Positions 49,951 to 62,525 of a DNA stretch of 64,000 nucleotides are shown here, in pieces (position 1 is the stretch's first letter; the number at the start of each line of letters is the position of its first letter). Source of the stretch: Mobula hypostoma. Its lineage: Eukaryota. A program made the translations under genes and the position numbers. Where the stretch lies: positions 20,646,001-20,710,000 of the forward strand of contig NC_086098.1 in assembly GCF_963921235.1 (NCBI RefSeq), written 5' to 3'. The notes under the pieces are model-generated. The model did no database searches. It was not told the DNA's origin and was given only the letters and a program-made list of their open reading frames with translations.

Positions 49951-50926
49951 ATGGCCAGAAAGCTCAATTTAGTTTTCATCAGGCCATAGAAACTTCTTTC
50001 AGCTGACTTCAGAGTCTCCCATATGCCTTTTGGCAAACTTTAACCAAGATCTCATGTGGGTTTCTTTCAACAGTGGCTTTCTTTTTTCCACTATCTTATA
50101 AAGCTGCAGCTGATAAAGCACCCAGGCAGCAATGGTTGTCAGCGCAGTCTCTCCCATCTCAGCCACTGAAGCTTGTAACTCCTCCAGAGTTGTCGTAGCT
50201 CTCTTAGTGGCCTCCCTCACTCATCCCCTTCTTGCACAGTCACTCAGTTTTTGAGGACGTTCTGCTCTAGGCAGATTTACAGCTGTGCCATATCCTTTCT
50301 GTTTCTTGATGGTTGACTTACAGTAACTGTATTCCAGGGGATATTCAGTGACTTGGAATTTTTCTTGCATCTATCTCCTGACTTGTGATCTTTTAGGGGA
50401 GTCGCTTGGCGTGTTCTTTTGTCTTTATGGTGTAGTTTTTGCCAGGATACTGACTCACCAACAGTTCGACCTTCCAGATACGGGTGTATTTTTACTACAT
50501 TCAATTGTAGCACCTTGACTGCACACAGGTCTCCAAAAACAGATCTCCATTCAACTAATTATGTGACTTCTAAAACCAATTGGCTGCACCAGTGATAATT
50601 TAGTGTGTTGTATTAAAGGAGGGTTGAATACTTATGCAATCAATTATTTTGTGTTTTATATTTGTAATTAATTTAGATTTCATGCCCAGGCCTGTGCCCT
50701 GGAAACCTTCCAAGGCGCAAATCCATGGCCTTATGAGACTAACGGATGCCTATAATTTAGATCACTTCGTAGAGATCTGGTTTTACTTTGACATGAAAGA
50801 ATCTTTTTCTGTTGATCAGTGTCAAAAAATCCAAATTAAATCCATTGTGATTCAATGTTGTAAAATAATAAAACATGATCACTTCTAAAGGGGGAGGGGG
50901 AGAATTAATACTTTTTATAGGCACTG
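49951..50926 (-). mobile_element. Tc1 transposon, 5' part with decayed transposase
   Basis: REATKR.TTTLEELQASVAEMGE..KRKPLLK..LKFAKRH; TIR CAGTGCCTATAAAAAGTATT abutting TA at 50927-50928. Confidence 0.88.
50679..50752 (+). mobile_element. 74-bp 5'-truncated retroposon tail (RTE/RTEX-like) inside the Tc1
   Basis: 10-bp TSD TAATTTAGAT 50669-50678 / 50753-50762. Confidence 0.7.
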
Positions 50927-51147
50927 TAACTCTATGACTCTAACCAACTCTCCATGTAACTATTTTCACCCTGTAATTTAAATAAGACATCAGCAAATGT
51001 GATTCATGCAGAAGACTGAGATCCAATCGTATAGCTACATGGTAGCTGATAAATTTGATAAATTACTGGAGGTACGACAGTCAATATTTTTCACTTTTCT
51101 CATCTATTCTTCCAGTCTCCATGTGGCTCATTCAAAGTCAGAATATA

Positions 51148-53272
51148 GAAACATAGAAACATAGAAAATAGGTGCAGGAGTAGGCCATTCGGCCCTTCGA
51201 GCCTGCACCGCCATTTATTATGATCATGGCTGATCATCCAACTCAGAACCTAGCCTTCCCTCCATACCCCGTGACCCCTGTAGCCACAAGGGCCATATCT
51301 AACTTCCTTTTAAACATAGCTAATGAACTGGCCTCAACAGTTTGCTGTGGCAGAGAATTCCACAGATTCACCACTCTCTGTGTGAAGAAGTTTTTCCTAA
51401 TCTCGGTCCTAAAAGGCTTCCCCTCTATCCTCAAACTGTGACCCCTCGTTCTAGACCTCCCCAACATCGGGAACAATCTTCCCGCATCTAGCCTGTCCAA
51501 TCCCTTTAGGATCTTATACGTTTCAATCAGATCCCCCCTCAATCTTCTAAATTCCAACGAGTACAAGCCCAGTTCATCCAGTCTTTCTTCATATGAAAGA
51601 CCTGCCATCCCAGGAATCAATCTGGTGAACCTTCTTTGTACTCCCTCTATGGCAAGGATGTCTTTCCTCAGATTAGGGGACCAAAACTGCACACAATACT
51701 CCAGGTGTGGTCTCACCAAGGCCTTGTACAACTGCAGTAGTACCTCCCTGCTCCTGTACTCGAATCCTCTCGCTATAAATGCCAGCATACCGTTCGCCTT
51801 TTTCACCGCCTGCTGTACCTGCATGCCCACTTTCAATGACTGGTGTATAATGACACCCAGGTCTCGTTGCACCTCCCCTTTTCCTAATCGGCCACCATTC
51901 AGATAATAATCTGTTTTCCTATTTTTGCCACCAAAGTGGATAACTTCACATTTATCCACATTAAATTGCATCTGCCATGAGTTTGCCCACTCACCCAACC
52001 TATCCAAGTCACCCTGCATCCTCTTAGCATCCTCCTCACTGCTAACACTGCCGCCCAGCTTCGTGTCATCCGCAAACTTGGAGATGCTGCATTTAATTCC
52101 CTCATCCAAGTCATTAATATATATTGTAAACAACTGGGGTCCCAGCACTGAGCCTTGCGGTACCCCACTAGTCACCGCCTGCCATTCTGAAAAGGTCCCG
52201 TTTATTCCCACTCTTTGCTTCCTGTCTGCTAACCAATTCTCCACCCACACCAATACCTTACCCCCAATACCATGTGCTTTAAGTTTGCACACTAATCTCC
52301 TGTGTGGGACCTTGTCAAAAGCCTTTTGAAAATCCAAATATACCACATCCACTGATTCTCCCCTATCCACTCTACTAGTTACATCCTCAAAAAATTCTAT
52401 GAGATTCGTCAGACATGATTTTCCTTTCACAAATCCATGCTGACTTTGTCCGATCATTTCACCGCTTTCCAAATGTGCTGTTATCACATCCTTGATAACT
52501 GACTCCAGCAGTTTCCCCACCACCGACGTTAGGCTAACCGGCCTATAATTCCCCGGTTTCTCTCTCCCTCCTTTTTTAAAAAGTGGGGTTACATTAGCCA
52601 CCCTCCAATCCTCAGGAACTAGTCCAGAATCTAACGAGTTTTGAAAAATTATCACTAATGCATCCACTATTTCTTGGGCCACTTCCTTAAGCACTCTGGG
52701 ATGCAGACCATCTGGCCCTGGGGATTTATCTGCCTTCAATCCCTTCAATTTACCTAACACCACTTCCCTACTAACATGTATTTCGCTCAGTTCCTCCATC
52801 TCACTGGACCCTCTGTCCCTTACTATTTCTGGAAGATTATTTATGTCCTCCTTAGTGAAGACAGAACCAAAGTAATTATTCAATTGGTCTGCCATGTCCT
52901 TGCTCCCCATAATCAATTCACCTGTTTCTGTTTGCAGGGGACCTACATTTGTCTTTATCAGTCTTTTCCTTTTTACATATCTATAAAAGCTTTTACAGTC
53001 CGTTTTTATGTTCTCTGCCAGTTTTCTCTCATAATCTTTTTTCCCCTTCCTAATTAAGCCCTTTGTCCTCCTCTGCTGAACTCTGAATTTCTCCCAGTCC
53101 TCAGGTGAGCCACTTTCTCTGGCTAATTTGTATGCTACTTCTTTGGAATTGATACTATCCCTAATTTCTCTTGTCAGCCACGGGTGCACTACCTTCCTTG
53201 ATTTATTCTTTTGCCAAACTGGGATGAACAATTGTTGTAGTTCATCCATGCAACCTTTAAATGCCTGCCATT
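51148..53272 (-). mobile_element. Young 5'-truncated CR1 LINE with uninterrupted RT ORF
   Basis: 695-aa ORF (51243-53330) without stops: KSPGPDG, NYRPVSLTS, YLDFQKAFDKV, PQGSVLGP, KFADDTK; (TTCTATGT)n tail; possible TSD AGAATATA. Confidence 0.95.
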
Positions 53273-53315
53273 GCATATTTAAATATGGTGATATGCTATT
53301 AGAATATAAAATGTT

Positions 53316-53898
53316 AGAGTACAAATGCAAGGATCTAATGTTGAGTCTTTATAAAGCACTGATGAGGTCTCACTTTGGAGTATTGTGAGCAGTTTTGGGC
53401 CTTTTATCTTCGAAGCAATGTGCTGAATCTGGAGAGGATTCAAAGGAAGTTCACAAAAATGATTCCAAGATTGAATGGCTTGTCATATGAAGAGCCTTTT
53501 ATGCCTCTCGTCCTGTATTCTCTGGAATTCAGAAGAATGAGGGTTGACCTCATGAAACTTATTGACTTGGTGAAAAGCCTTGATAGAGTGGATGTGGAGA
53601 GTATGTTTCCTATTGATGAGAGTCTAAGACAAGAGGACACATAGAGGGGCGTCCTTTTAGAACAGAAATGTGAAGAGTTTCTTTAGCCTGATAGTGGTGA
53701 ATCTGTGGAATTCTTTGCCACAAACAGCTGTGGAGGCTGGCTTTATGTATATTTAAGGCAGAGTTTGATAGATTCTTGATTGGTCAGGGCATGAAGGGAT
53801 ATGGGGAGAAAGCAGGAGATTGGGGCTGAGAGGAAAATTCATTCAGGCAGGATGAAATGCCGGTGCAGACTCGAAGGACCAAATGGCCTAATTCTGCT
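53316..53898 (+). mobile_element. Older CR1 3' fragment
   Basis: EYCEQFWAFYLR..LERIQRKFTKMIP. Confidence 0.85.
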
Positions 53899-54782
53899 GT
53901 ACTCAAGTCTGCGGTGTTCTTAATTCAGTGTTTCTCTCTGTACTACCAACAGAACAGACTAATGGTTCCTAAGTTGTCAAAGTGACATTTTTTTTAGTTT
54001 TTTGCTGGCTGCATCATTTCTTTCTTTTCCTTACGTTTGCCAGAGAACTCAAAACTTCCCTGATCAGTTATATACTTCACACTGTCCCTCTCTACTTTCC
54101 AGAGAATATTTGTGGGGCGATACTCCAGAGGTGCTAGTAAAGTTTCTTTTTCTGTATCTATCATTGAAACTATCCCCTCTGCCTATTGTAATGTATTTAG
54201 ATGTGATGTTGTGATGCTGGTATGTTCAAAAATTAGAATTACTTACTTCCACGGCACAGAAGCTTCAAAGCATACTTAGAAAATGTACTGGTTTGTGCTT
54301 TGTTTCACCTTTCATAATTTTAAAATACATCATATTCTCATTTAGAACATATTTCCAAGTTTTTATTTCTTCATAACTGCAGTTCAAATTTCTGGCCATA
54401 CTAACATGATATGTTTATTTTTCCTTCCTGCTAATGTTTATTTTTCCTCCCTGCTGGAGCTGTATTTCAATGGTAATTGTTAATCTATATTTTTCAGTGG
54501 TAAACTGGCCTCCAGTTTTCTCACTTTATTAGTTAAAACTTTGGGAACTGTAGAGTTACTCATTTTCTTCATTTGTTAGCCACCAATATCACTTTGTTTT
54601 TGTCTGGGATAATGCTGACTTCTTTTACCTTAATCTTTACTTTAACTGATCAGTTTGATGTTTCTGCTGATTTGCCTTTATTTCATTCTATAAGAGTTTT
54701 GTTTGTATTGTCAACTCCTTTATTTTTGCTTCATCTATCTACTTCAAAACCAGAATCAGAATCAGCTTAACTCTCACTGACA

Positions 54783-57700
54783 TATAGAAACATAGAAAAC
54801 CTACAGCACAATACAGGCCCTTTGGCCCACAAAGTTGTGCCAAACATGTCCTTTCCTTAGAAATGACTTAGCTTTACCCATAGCCCTCTATTTTTCTAAG
54901 CTCCATGTACCTATCCAGGAGTCTCTTAAAAGATCCTATCGCTTCTGCCTCCCCCACTGCCGCCAGCAGCCCATTCCACGCACTCACCACTCTATGCATA
55001 AAAAACTTACCCCTGACATCTCTTCTGTACCTACTTCCAAGCACTTTAAAACTATGCCCTCTTATGCTAGCCATTTCAGCCCTGGGAAAAAGCCTCTGAC
55101 TATCCACACGATCAATGCCTCTCATCATCTTGTACACCTCTATCAGCTCACCTCTCATCCTTCATTGCTCCAAGGAGAAAAGGCCAAGTTCACTCCACCT
55201 ATTCTCATAAGGTATGCTCCCCAATCCAGGCAACATCCTTGTAAATCTCCTCTGCACTCTCGCTATTGACAGAGACTTATCTCCACTCTACCATACTTAA
55301 TTATATATGATGTGAAATCTGTTGTCTTGCAGGAGCAGTGCCTTGCATGGAGTACCTTAACAAATGCCTTACTGAAATCCATATACACTACATCTACGGC
55401 TTTACCTCCATCAATGTGTTTAGTCACATCCTCAAAAAATTCAATCAAGCTTGTAAGGCACAACCTGTCACACTTGATTGGTCCTATTCTGTGACGTCTT
55501 ATCCTCTTGCTCTTCACATACTTGTAGAATACCCTGGGGTTTTCCTTAATCCTGTCCGCCAAGGCCTTCTCATGGCCCCTTCTGGCTCTCTTAATTTCAT
55601 TCTTAAACTCCTTCCTGCTAGCCTTACAATGTTCTAGATCTCTATCATTACCTAGCTTTTTGAACCTTTCGTAAGCTTTTCTTTTCTTCTTGACTAGATT
55701 TACAACAGCCTTTATACACCGCAGTTCCTGTACCCTACCATCCTTTCCCTGTCTCATTGGAAGGTACCTATGCAGAACCCCAGCATATGTCCCCTGAACA
55801 ATGCCACATTTCTTCCGTACATTTCCCTGAGAACATCTGTTTCCAATTTATGCTTCCAAGTTCCTGCCTGATAGCCTCATATCTCCCCTTACACTAATTA
55901 AATATTTCCCTATCTTGTCTGTTCCTATCTCTCTCCAATGCTATGGTAAAGGAGATAGAATTGTGATCACTATCTCCAAAATGCTCTCCCACTAAGAGAT
56001 CTGACACCTGACCAGGTTCATTTCTCAATACCAAATCAAGTACAACCTCTCCTCTTGTAGGCTTATCTGCATATTGTGCCAAGAAACCTTCCTGAACACA
56101 CCTAACAAAATCCACTCCATCTAAACCCCTCACTCCAGGGAGACGCCAATCAATTTTTGGGAAATTAAAATCTCCCACCACAACAACCCTGTTATTATTA
56201 CTCCTTTCCAGAATCTGTCTCCCTATCTGCTCCTCAATGTCTCTGTTACTATTGGGTGGTCTATAAAAAACACCCAGAAGAGTAATTGACCGCTTCCTGT
56301 TGCTAACTTCCACCCACAAAGAATCAGTAGACAACCCCTCCATGACTCCCTCCTTTTCTGCAGCTGTGACACTATCTCTGATCAACAGTGCTACGCCCCC
56401 ATCTCTTTTGCCTCCTCTCTGTCCTTTCTGAAACATCTAAAGCCTGGCACTTGAAGTAGCCATCCTTGCCCCTGCACAATCCAGGCCTCTGTAATGGCTA
56501 CAACATCACAGCTCCAAGTACTGATCCACGCTCTAAACTCATCTGCTTTGTTCATAATACTCCTTGCATTAAAACAGACACATCTCAAACCATCGGTCTG
56601 ATCGTGTCCCTTCTCTATCACCTGCCTATCCTCCCTCTTGCACTGTCTCCAAGCTTTCTCTATTTGTATGCCAACAGCCCCTTACTCCGTCACTTCAGTT
56701 CGATTCCCACCTGCCAGCAATTCTAGTTTAAAATCTACCCAATAGCCTCACCAATCTCCCCACCAGGATATTGGTCCCCCTGGGATTCAAATGCAACCGG
56801 TCCTTTTTGTACAGGTCCCACCTGCCTCAAAAGAGATCCCAATGATCCAGAAATCTGAATCCCTGCCCCTGCTCCAATCCCTCAGCCAAGCATTCATCCT
56901 TCACCTCATTCTATTCCTATACTCACTGTCACGTGGCACAGGCAGTAATCCCGAGATTACTACCTTTGAGGTCCTGCTTCTCAATTTCCTTCCTATCTCC
57001 CTGTAGTCTGCTTTCAGGACCTCCTCCCTTTTCCTGCCTATGTCATTGGTACCGATATGTACCACGATCTCTGGCTGTTCTCCTTCCCACTTCAGGATAT
57101 TGTGGACGTGATCAGAGACATCTCGGACCCTGGCACCTGGGAGGCAAACTACCATCCGCGTTTCTTTCCTGCGTCCAAAGAATCACCTGTCTGACCCCTA
57201 ACTATAGAGTCCCCTATCACTGCTGCCATTCTTTTCCTTTCCCTACCCTTCTGAGCCACAGGGCTAGACTCTGTGCCAGAGGCGCGACCACTGTTGCTTC
57301 CCCCATGTAGGCTGTCTCCCCCAACATTACTCAAACAGGAGTACTTATTGTTAAGGGGAACAGCCACTGGGGTACTCTCTAGCATCTGCCTCTTGCCCTT
57401 CCCTCTCCTGACTGCTACCCACTTATCTGTCTCCCAAGGCCCCGGAGTGACTACCTGTCCATAGCTCTTCTCTATCAACTCCTCCATGCTGTCTATCCCA
57501 GCATGTGAAGACAGACTCCTGTGGATTGAGTGGACGAGAGCAATGGAAGGTCCAATGGTCAAGAAGGCGGTCTCTGCAAGTGTCGTGGAACGTGTAGAGC
57601 ATGACAAGACACAGAAGACGTCCTGGTCATCCACTGCACCTAGTCCCATCTCCAGCCGTCTGGACTCTTGTCTTGCCATTGGATCCAGATGGGAATTGGG

Positions 57701-58190
57701 AAGAGAGCGTGAGGCTGACACTGCGTAACTCTCCCCCACTTAAATCCAAATCAAGTGCTAGTCTCGACATCATAAAAGGTGTCGAGGTCTTCATCGATAG
57801 AACGATAGACGAACCTAATCAACTCCTCACTCTCCCTGACCAGATGAAGGTCATTGAGCTGCATCTCCAGATCCCTAATGCGGTCCCTAAGGAGCTGCAG
57901 CTCGACACACCTGGTGCAGATGTAGCCATCCGGGAGGCTGGGAGTCTCCAGGACCTCCCACATCTGACACCAAGCACAGAAAACTGGCCCCACACACATA
58001 CTTCCTGTCTGTATTCTACACAAGTAATTTACCTCGCCTCGACCCGTTGTCGCCGAAGTCCCATTGAGCTAAAGCCTCCTACTCTGATGCCCGCTCTATA
58101 AAGCTGCCTTCTTTTTAAACTCTTCTCTCTGTTCTCGCTGGCTGACCTCCACACGCTTGCGTAGTCGTGCCCCGATCAAACGGCTGAAGA
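54783..58190 (-). mobile_element. Internally deleted CR1 LINE: ORF1 (Cys motif, coiled coil, SGNH esterase), APE, RT pieces, 3' UTR
   Basis: CAWCQMW..YICTRC..IRDLEMQL; VIGDSIVR, CLPGARVRDV, VVHIGTNDIG; NARSIMNK, GGVALLI, YRPP, GDFNFP, SDHN. Confidence 0.92.
57485..57817 (+). mobile_element. RTE-type 3' tail inserted in CR1 ORF1
   Basis: 11-bp TSD ATCAACTCCTC 57474-57484 / 57818-57828; terminal hairpin CTCGACATC-ATAAAA-GGTGTCGAG. Confidence 0.8.
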
Positions 58191-60129
58191 AATATGTTGT
58201 GAAGTATGCTATTTTGTGGCAGCAGTGCAGTGCAATACCTAACAAATACTATAATTATAATAAGAAATATAAAATAATAAGTAGTACAGAATGAGAGCAA
58301 AAATAGTGAGTTAGTGTTCATGTTCAGTTCAGAAATCTGATGGTGGAGAGGAAGAAGCTGTTTGCAAAATATTGAGTGTGTGCCTTCAGGCTCCCTGATT
58401 GTAGTAATGAGAAGAGGGCATGTCCTGGGTGGGGTGGGGGAGCAGAATGTCTTTTATGATGGATGCCGCCTCTTTGAGGCATTGATCTTTGAAGAGGTCC
58501 TCAGTGCTGGAGAAGCCAGTGCCCATGACATATATGTACTCATAACAGAAGTTACTTTGAACTTTGAGAGTTTATAACCCTTTTGTTATCAGAGTACATA
58601 TATGTCACCACATACAGTCCCAAGATTCACTTTCATGTGGCATACTCAGCAACTACAGTAACTATAACACCAGTTTATATTTCACAACTGATAGTTTCCG
58701 CTTATTAGATTAAACCAAACCCATCAGATGTTTCACTCTTCAGTTGTTAAATAGAATTATTATTACATGCTTATTGGAACAGATGTCCAGTTAATATGCA
58801 CTAGCAGTATAGATAAGCAAGAATGTAACCTTGATTTCTCTAGAGAAGCAAACAAACTTTGCGCTTAGAACATTTTTGAACAGTAAACATTTGAGTTTCT
58901 TATGCAATACCCTGTTCTTTTCACATTTTCCGTGAGCAGCTGCATCCTCTCAAAAACTTTCTTCGCCATTCTAAGCCGATTGTCTTTTTCAGTCTGGTGC
59001 TACTTAAAACAGGTAAGTGATTCAGTTGGCATTTGTTGATCATAACAGAACAGGTTTCTTTCCTGGATACTATTGTCATTCGGTTTGTGGAAAAGAGCAG
59101 ATTGGAATTCCAGATTCTACACAGGAAAACGATGCAAAGTTCCAAATGTAAGAAAAATGGATATACCTTTAATAAACCGTTTTGACAATTTAAATTTGTA
59201 GTGCATTTATTTTGTTTTAGTTCTTGCTAACTTGCTTTTCTTTCCTGTAAATATTGAGTCGTTGGGGGCAAGATGCAATTGTTAGTGACAACAGGCAATT
59301 TAATGGGGGGGGGTGCTACAACTGACCCTCAATTTGTAATAAATAGATACATTATGAAATTTGAATTAACATGTAATAATAACCTTATTTATAACTATGA
59401 AGTGAAACATCTGATGATTTTGGTTTTATTTAATGAGTGGAAAATATCAGTTGTGAAATGTAAAATGGAACCACACAAGATATTTTCAATTACAGAATGA
59501 TAGTAGCCTTCCTTTATGTTTATGTTATAACTCCATAACACTTCAAATGTGTCATGCTGACCTCATACGTTTATATACAAGCTAACTTTAAAACCTGCCT
59601 GGAAAAACAGGAAGATACTGAGTCAGTTAAACTGTGAAGGACAGAGACCAAGAAAAATAAAAGGATATTGATCACTCTTAGCTGTTCCCCTTGCCTGTAA
59701 CTCTGGCTCCCCGAGAAGGCACTCCTACCGTTATCCTAAGCAAAATCAGGCCGCTCATCACTGATTGGAGATCAAACCATGTGCATATAATCACTTTTAG
59801 ATGAGCCTAATGTGAAATGTACTGCTCATCCCATTATAGAGCACATTCATTCTGTTTCTGCTACTCCCACAACCAATGGTCTCCCTTTATCTTGTTATTT
59901 CACGCTCTCATTATTTATTGCTATTTATTTATTTTTGCACAGTTTGTTGTTCATTGATCCTGTTTACAATAGCTGTTCAATAGTTTTGTAAGGTATGCAC
60001 ACTGGAAAAAGAACCCCAGGGCTGTATGTGGTGATATGCATATACTCCGATAATATATCTTACTTTGAACTTTGACTTTTGAACTTTGAGACCATTGCTT
60101 AATGAGGGAGGATGTCAGCACTGTCTTCT

Positions 60130-60432
60130 CAGACAGCACACAGAAAATGCTGAGGGAACTCAGCAGCTCAGGCAGCATCTATAGAAATGAATAAACAGTC
60201 GACGTTTTGGGCAAGATCCTTCCGTAAGACTGAAAAGGAAAGGGGAAGACTCCAAAATCAAAATCAAGAAGAAAGAGACTGGCTGGAAGGTGATCAGTGA
60301 AGCCAGGTGGGTGGGAAAGGTAAAGAGCTGGAGAAGAAGGAATTTGATAGGAGACGAGAGATGACCGTAGGAGAAAGGGAAAGAAGAGGGACCCAGGGTG
60401 AAGTGATAGGCTGGAGAGAAGAAGTAAAAGGT
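60130..60432 (-). mobile_element. Old PLE 3' terminus
   Basis: GGAACTCAGCAG..CAGTCGACGTTTTGGG..CTTCCGTAAGACTG (degenerate hammerhead). Confidence 0.75.
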
Positions 60433-61139
60433 CTTCTAAGATACATGTATCATTCTCTGACCCTAAGAGTGAAGCAATGCATTCACACTTACATACAGTC
60501 CTCTGCTCACCTGAATCCAAATGTTAGATGAGTCTTAAGGTTGGCTGAGCTGATAAAACTGTGAGTGCAATCACACAACTGACCGGGCAATGGATTTATT
60601 TTCAGTTTCTTGGCAGAAATGTCAGCTTTTCATTAACATTCTCAAAACATAAACAACTTTAAAAAGGATCTCTGGTGGTAACATGTCAGCTTTGTTCTTC
60701 AGCAACTGGAGCTCTTGTATAAAGATGCCAAGCTGATGCCATTGTAGTGATGAATCACACTGCATACTTTGTTAAGTTATTGTTAGGTTAACGTTAACGC
60801 AGACCATACACCATGACATCTTTATAACTGTGGGATGTGAGAATACCAGCACATTATACTCCTCTAGTTAGGCTGTTTGTTTATGTATTTTTCTATTGGG
60901 GCAAGACCAATTAAAAACTGCAAACATGAGATGTTTGGTATTAAAGAATGAAGTATCATAATGGAGAAGTAGAGTACAGTCATGAATAAGGCATGGGGTA
61001 ATTGAATAGAGACACAAAGACCAGCGTATCAAAAGCCTTCACCACCCTGTCTTCCTGCAACTTTCAGAGAACAATGGTAGCAGAGGCTTCAGGACTTGAC
61101 CTGCATCCAGACTATATCCCTCCATACGCCCCCCCCCCA

Positions 61140-62320
61140 CATCGATGTATCCATCCAAATTTCTCTTAGAAGTTAAAATCAGACCCACATCTACCACTTG
61201 TGCTGGCAGCTCATTCCTTACTCTTATTGCACTCTGAGTGAAGAAGATTCCCCTCGTGTCCTCTTAAACATATCACCTTTCACTTTTAACCCATGACCTC
61301 TAGTGGTAGTCTCACACAAGCTCAGTGGAAAAAGCCTGCTTGCATTTATCCTATCTATACCCCTCTTAATTTTGTATACCTCTTTCAAATCTCCTCTCAA
61401 TCTTCTACGTTCTAGGGAATAAAATCCTAACCCAACCTTTCCCTATAACTCAGCTCCTCAACATCCTGACAACATCCTTGTAAATTTCCTCAACCTGTGA
61501 CACCTCTTTCAAGGAATTATGATCCCTCTGTTCTACCACAGTTCTCAGTTCCCTACCTCTCACGGTGTAAGATCTACCCTGGTTGGTCTCCCAAAGTGCA
61601 ACGTCTCACATGTGTCTGCATTAAATTCTACCTTCCATTTTTTGGCTCAGCTGGTCGAGATTTCACTGCAACAATTGATGGTCTTCCTTTCTGTCCACTA
61701 CACCCCCCAATCTTGGTGTCATCTACATACTTGCTGATCCATTTTACTGCATTATCGTACAGATTGTTGATATAGATGACAAACAACAGACCCAGCGCTG
61801 ATCCCTGTGGCAACCCACTAGTCACAGGCCTAGTCATAGAGGCAACCACCTAGTACCACTCTCTAGCTTGTCCCATGAAGCCAATGTCAAATCCATTATT
61901 GCCTTATCTTGAATACCAAGCGACTAAACCTTCTTGACCATCCTTCCTGTGGGACCTTGTCAAATGCCTTGCTAAAATCCAGGTAGGCAACATCAACTGC
62001 CTTGCCTTCATCAACTTTTCTGGTAACTTCCTTGAAAAACTCTGTAAGATTTGTGAGACACAACTTACCACGCACAAAGCCATGTTGATGATTCCTAATC
62101 TATCTAAATACTTATATATTCAGAACCTTAGGAATACCTTCCAATAACTTTCGCACTACTGATGTCAAGCTCGCAGGCCTATAATTATCTAGTTTATCCT
62201 TCGATCCTTTTAAACAGCAGAACAACATTAGCTATCTCCTAATCCTCTGGTACCTCACCTGTGGCAAAGTATGTTTTAACTTTCTCTGCTAGGAGCCCTG
62301 CGATTTCTACACTTACCTAA
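61140..62320 (-). mobile_element. Old CR1 LINE RT fragment
   Basis: VTSGLPQGSALGLLFVIYINNL..ISKYVDDTKIGG. Confidence 0.85.
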
Positions 62321-62423
62321 AACATGATTTAAAATTGTACTATGTGCTGTTTCTTTTTCAAGCTCTTTTAGTGCCACTAGGCAACAATGGTTGTGCAATT
62401 GAGACATACGTCACAGGCATGTT

Positions 62424-62525
62424 ACAGTTCAGATGAAAGGTCTCGACCTGAAATATCAACTGTCCATTTCCCTCCATTGATACCTCCTGACATGCTGGAG
62501 TTGCTCCAGCACTTTGTGTGTTGTA
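62424..62525 (+). mobile_element. Short PLE terminus starting at the hammerhead
   Basis: ACAGTT-CAGATGA-AAGG(TCTCGA)CCT-GAAA-TATC-AACTGT followed by the PLE tail. Confidence 0.7.

Noticed and set aside
57149-58101. Novel 196-aa and 166-aa proteins
   Set aside because: CR1 ORF1 fused with an inserted RTE tail, and its antisense frame.
60787-60800. GTTAACGTTAAC palindrome as an HNF1 site
   Set aside because: Spacing differs from the GTTAATNATTAAC consensus and such a palindrome can occur by chance.
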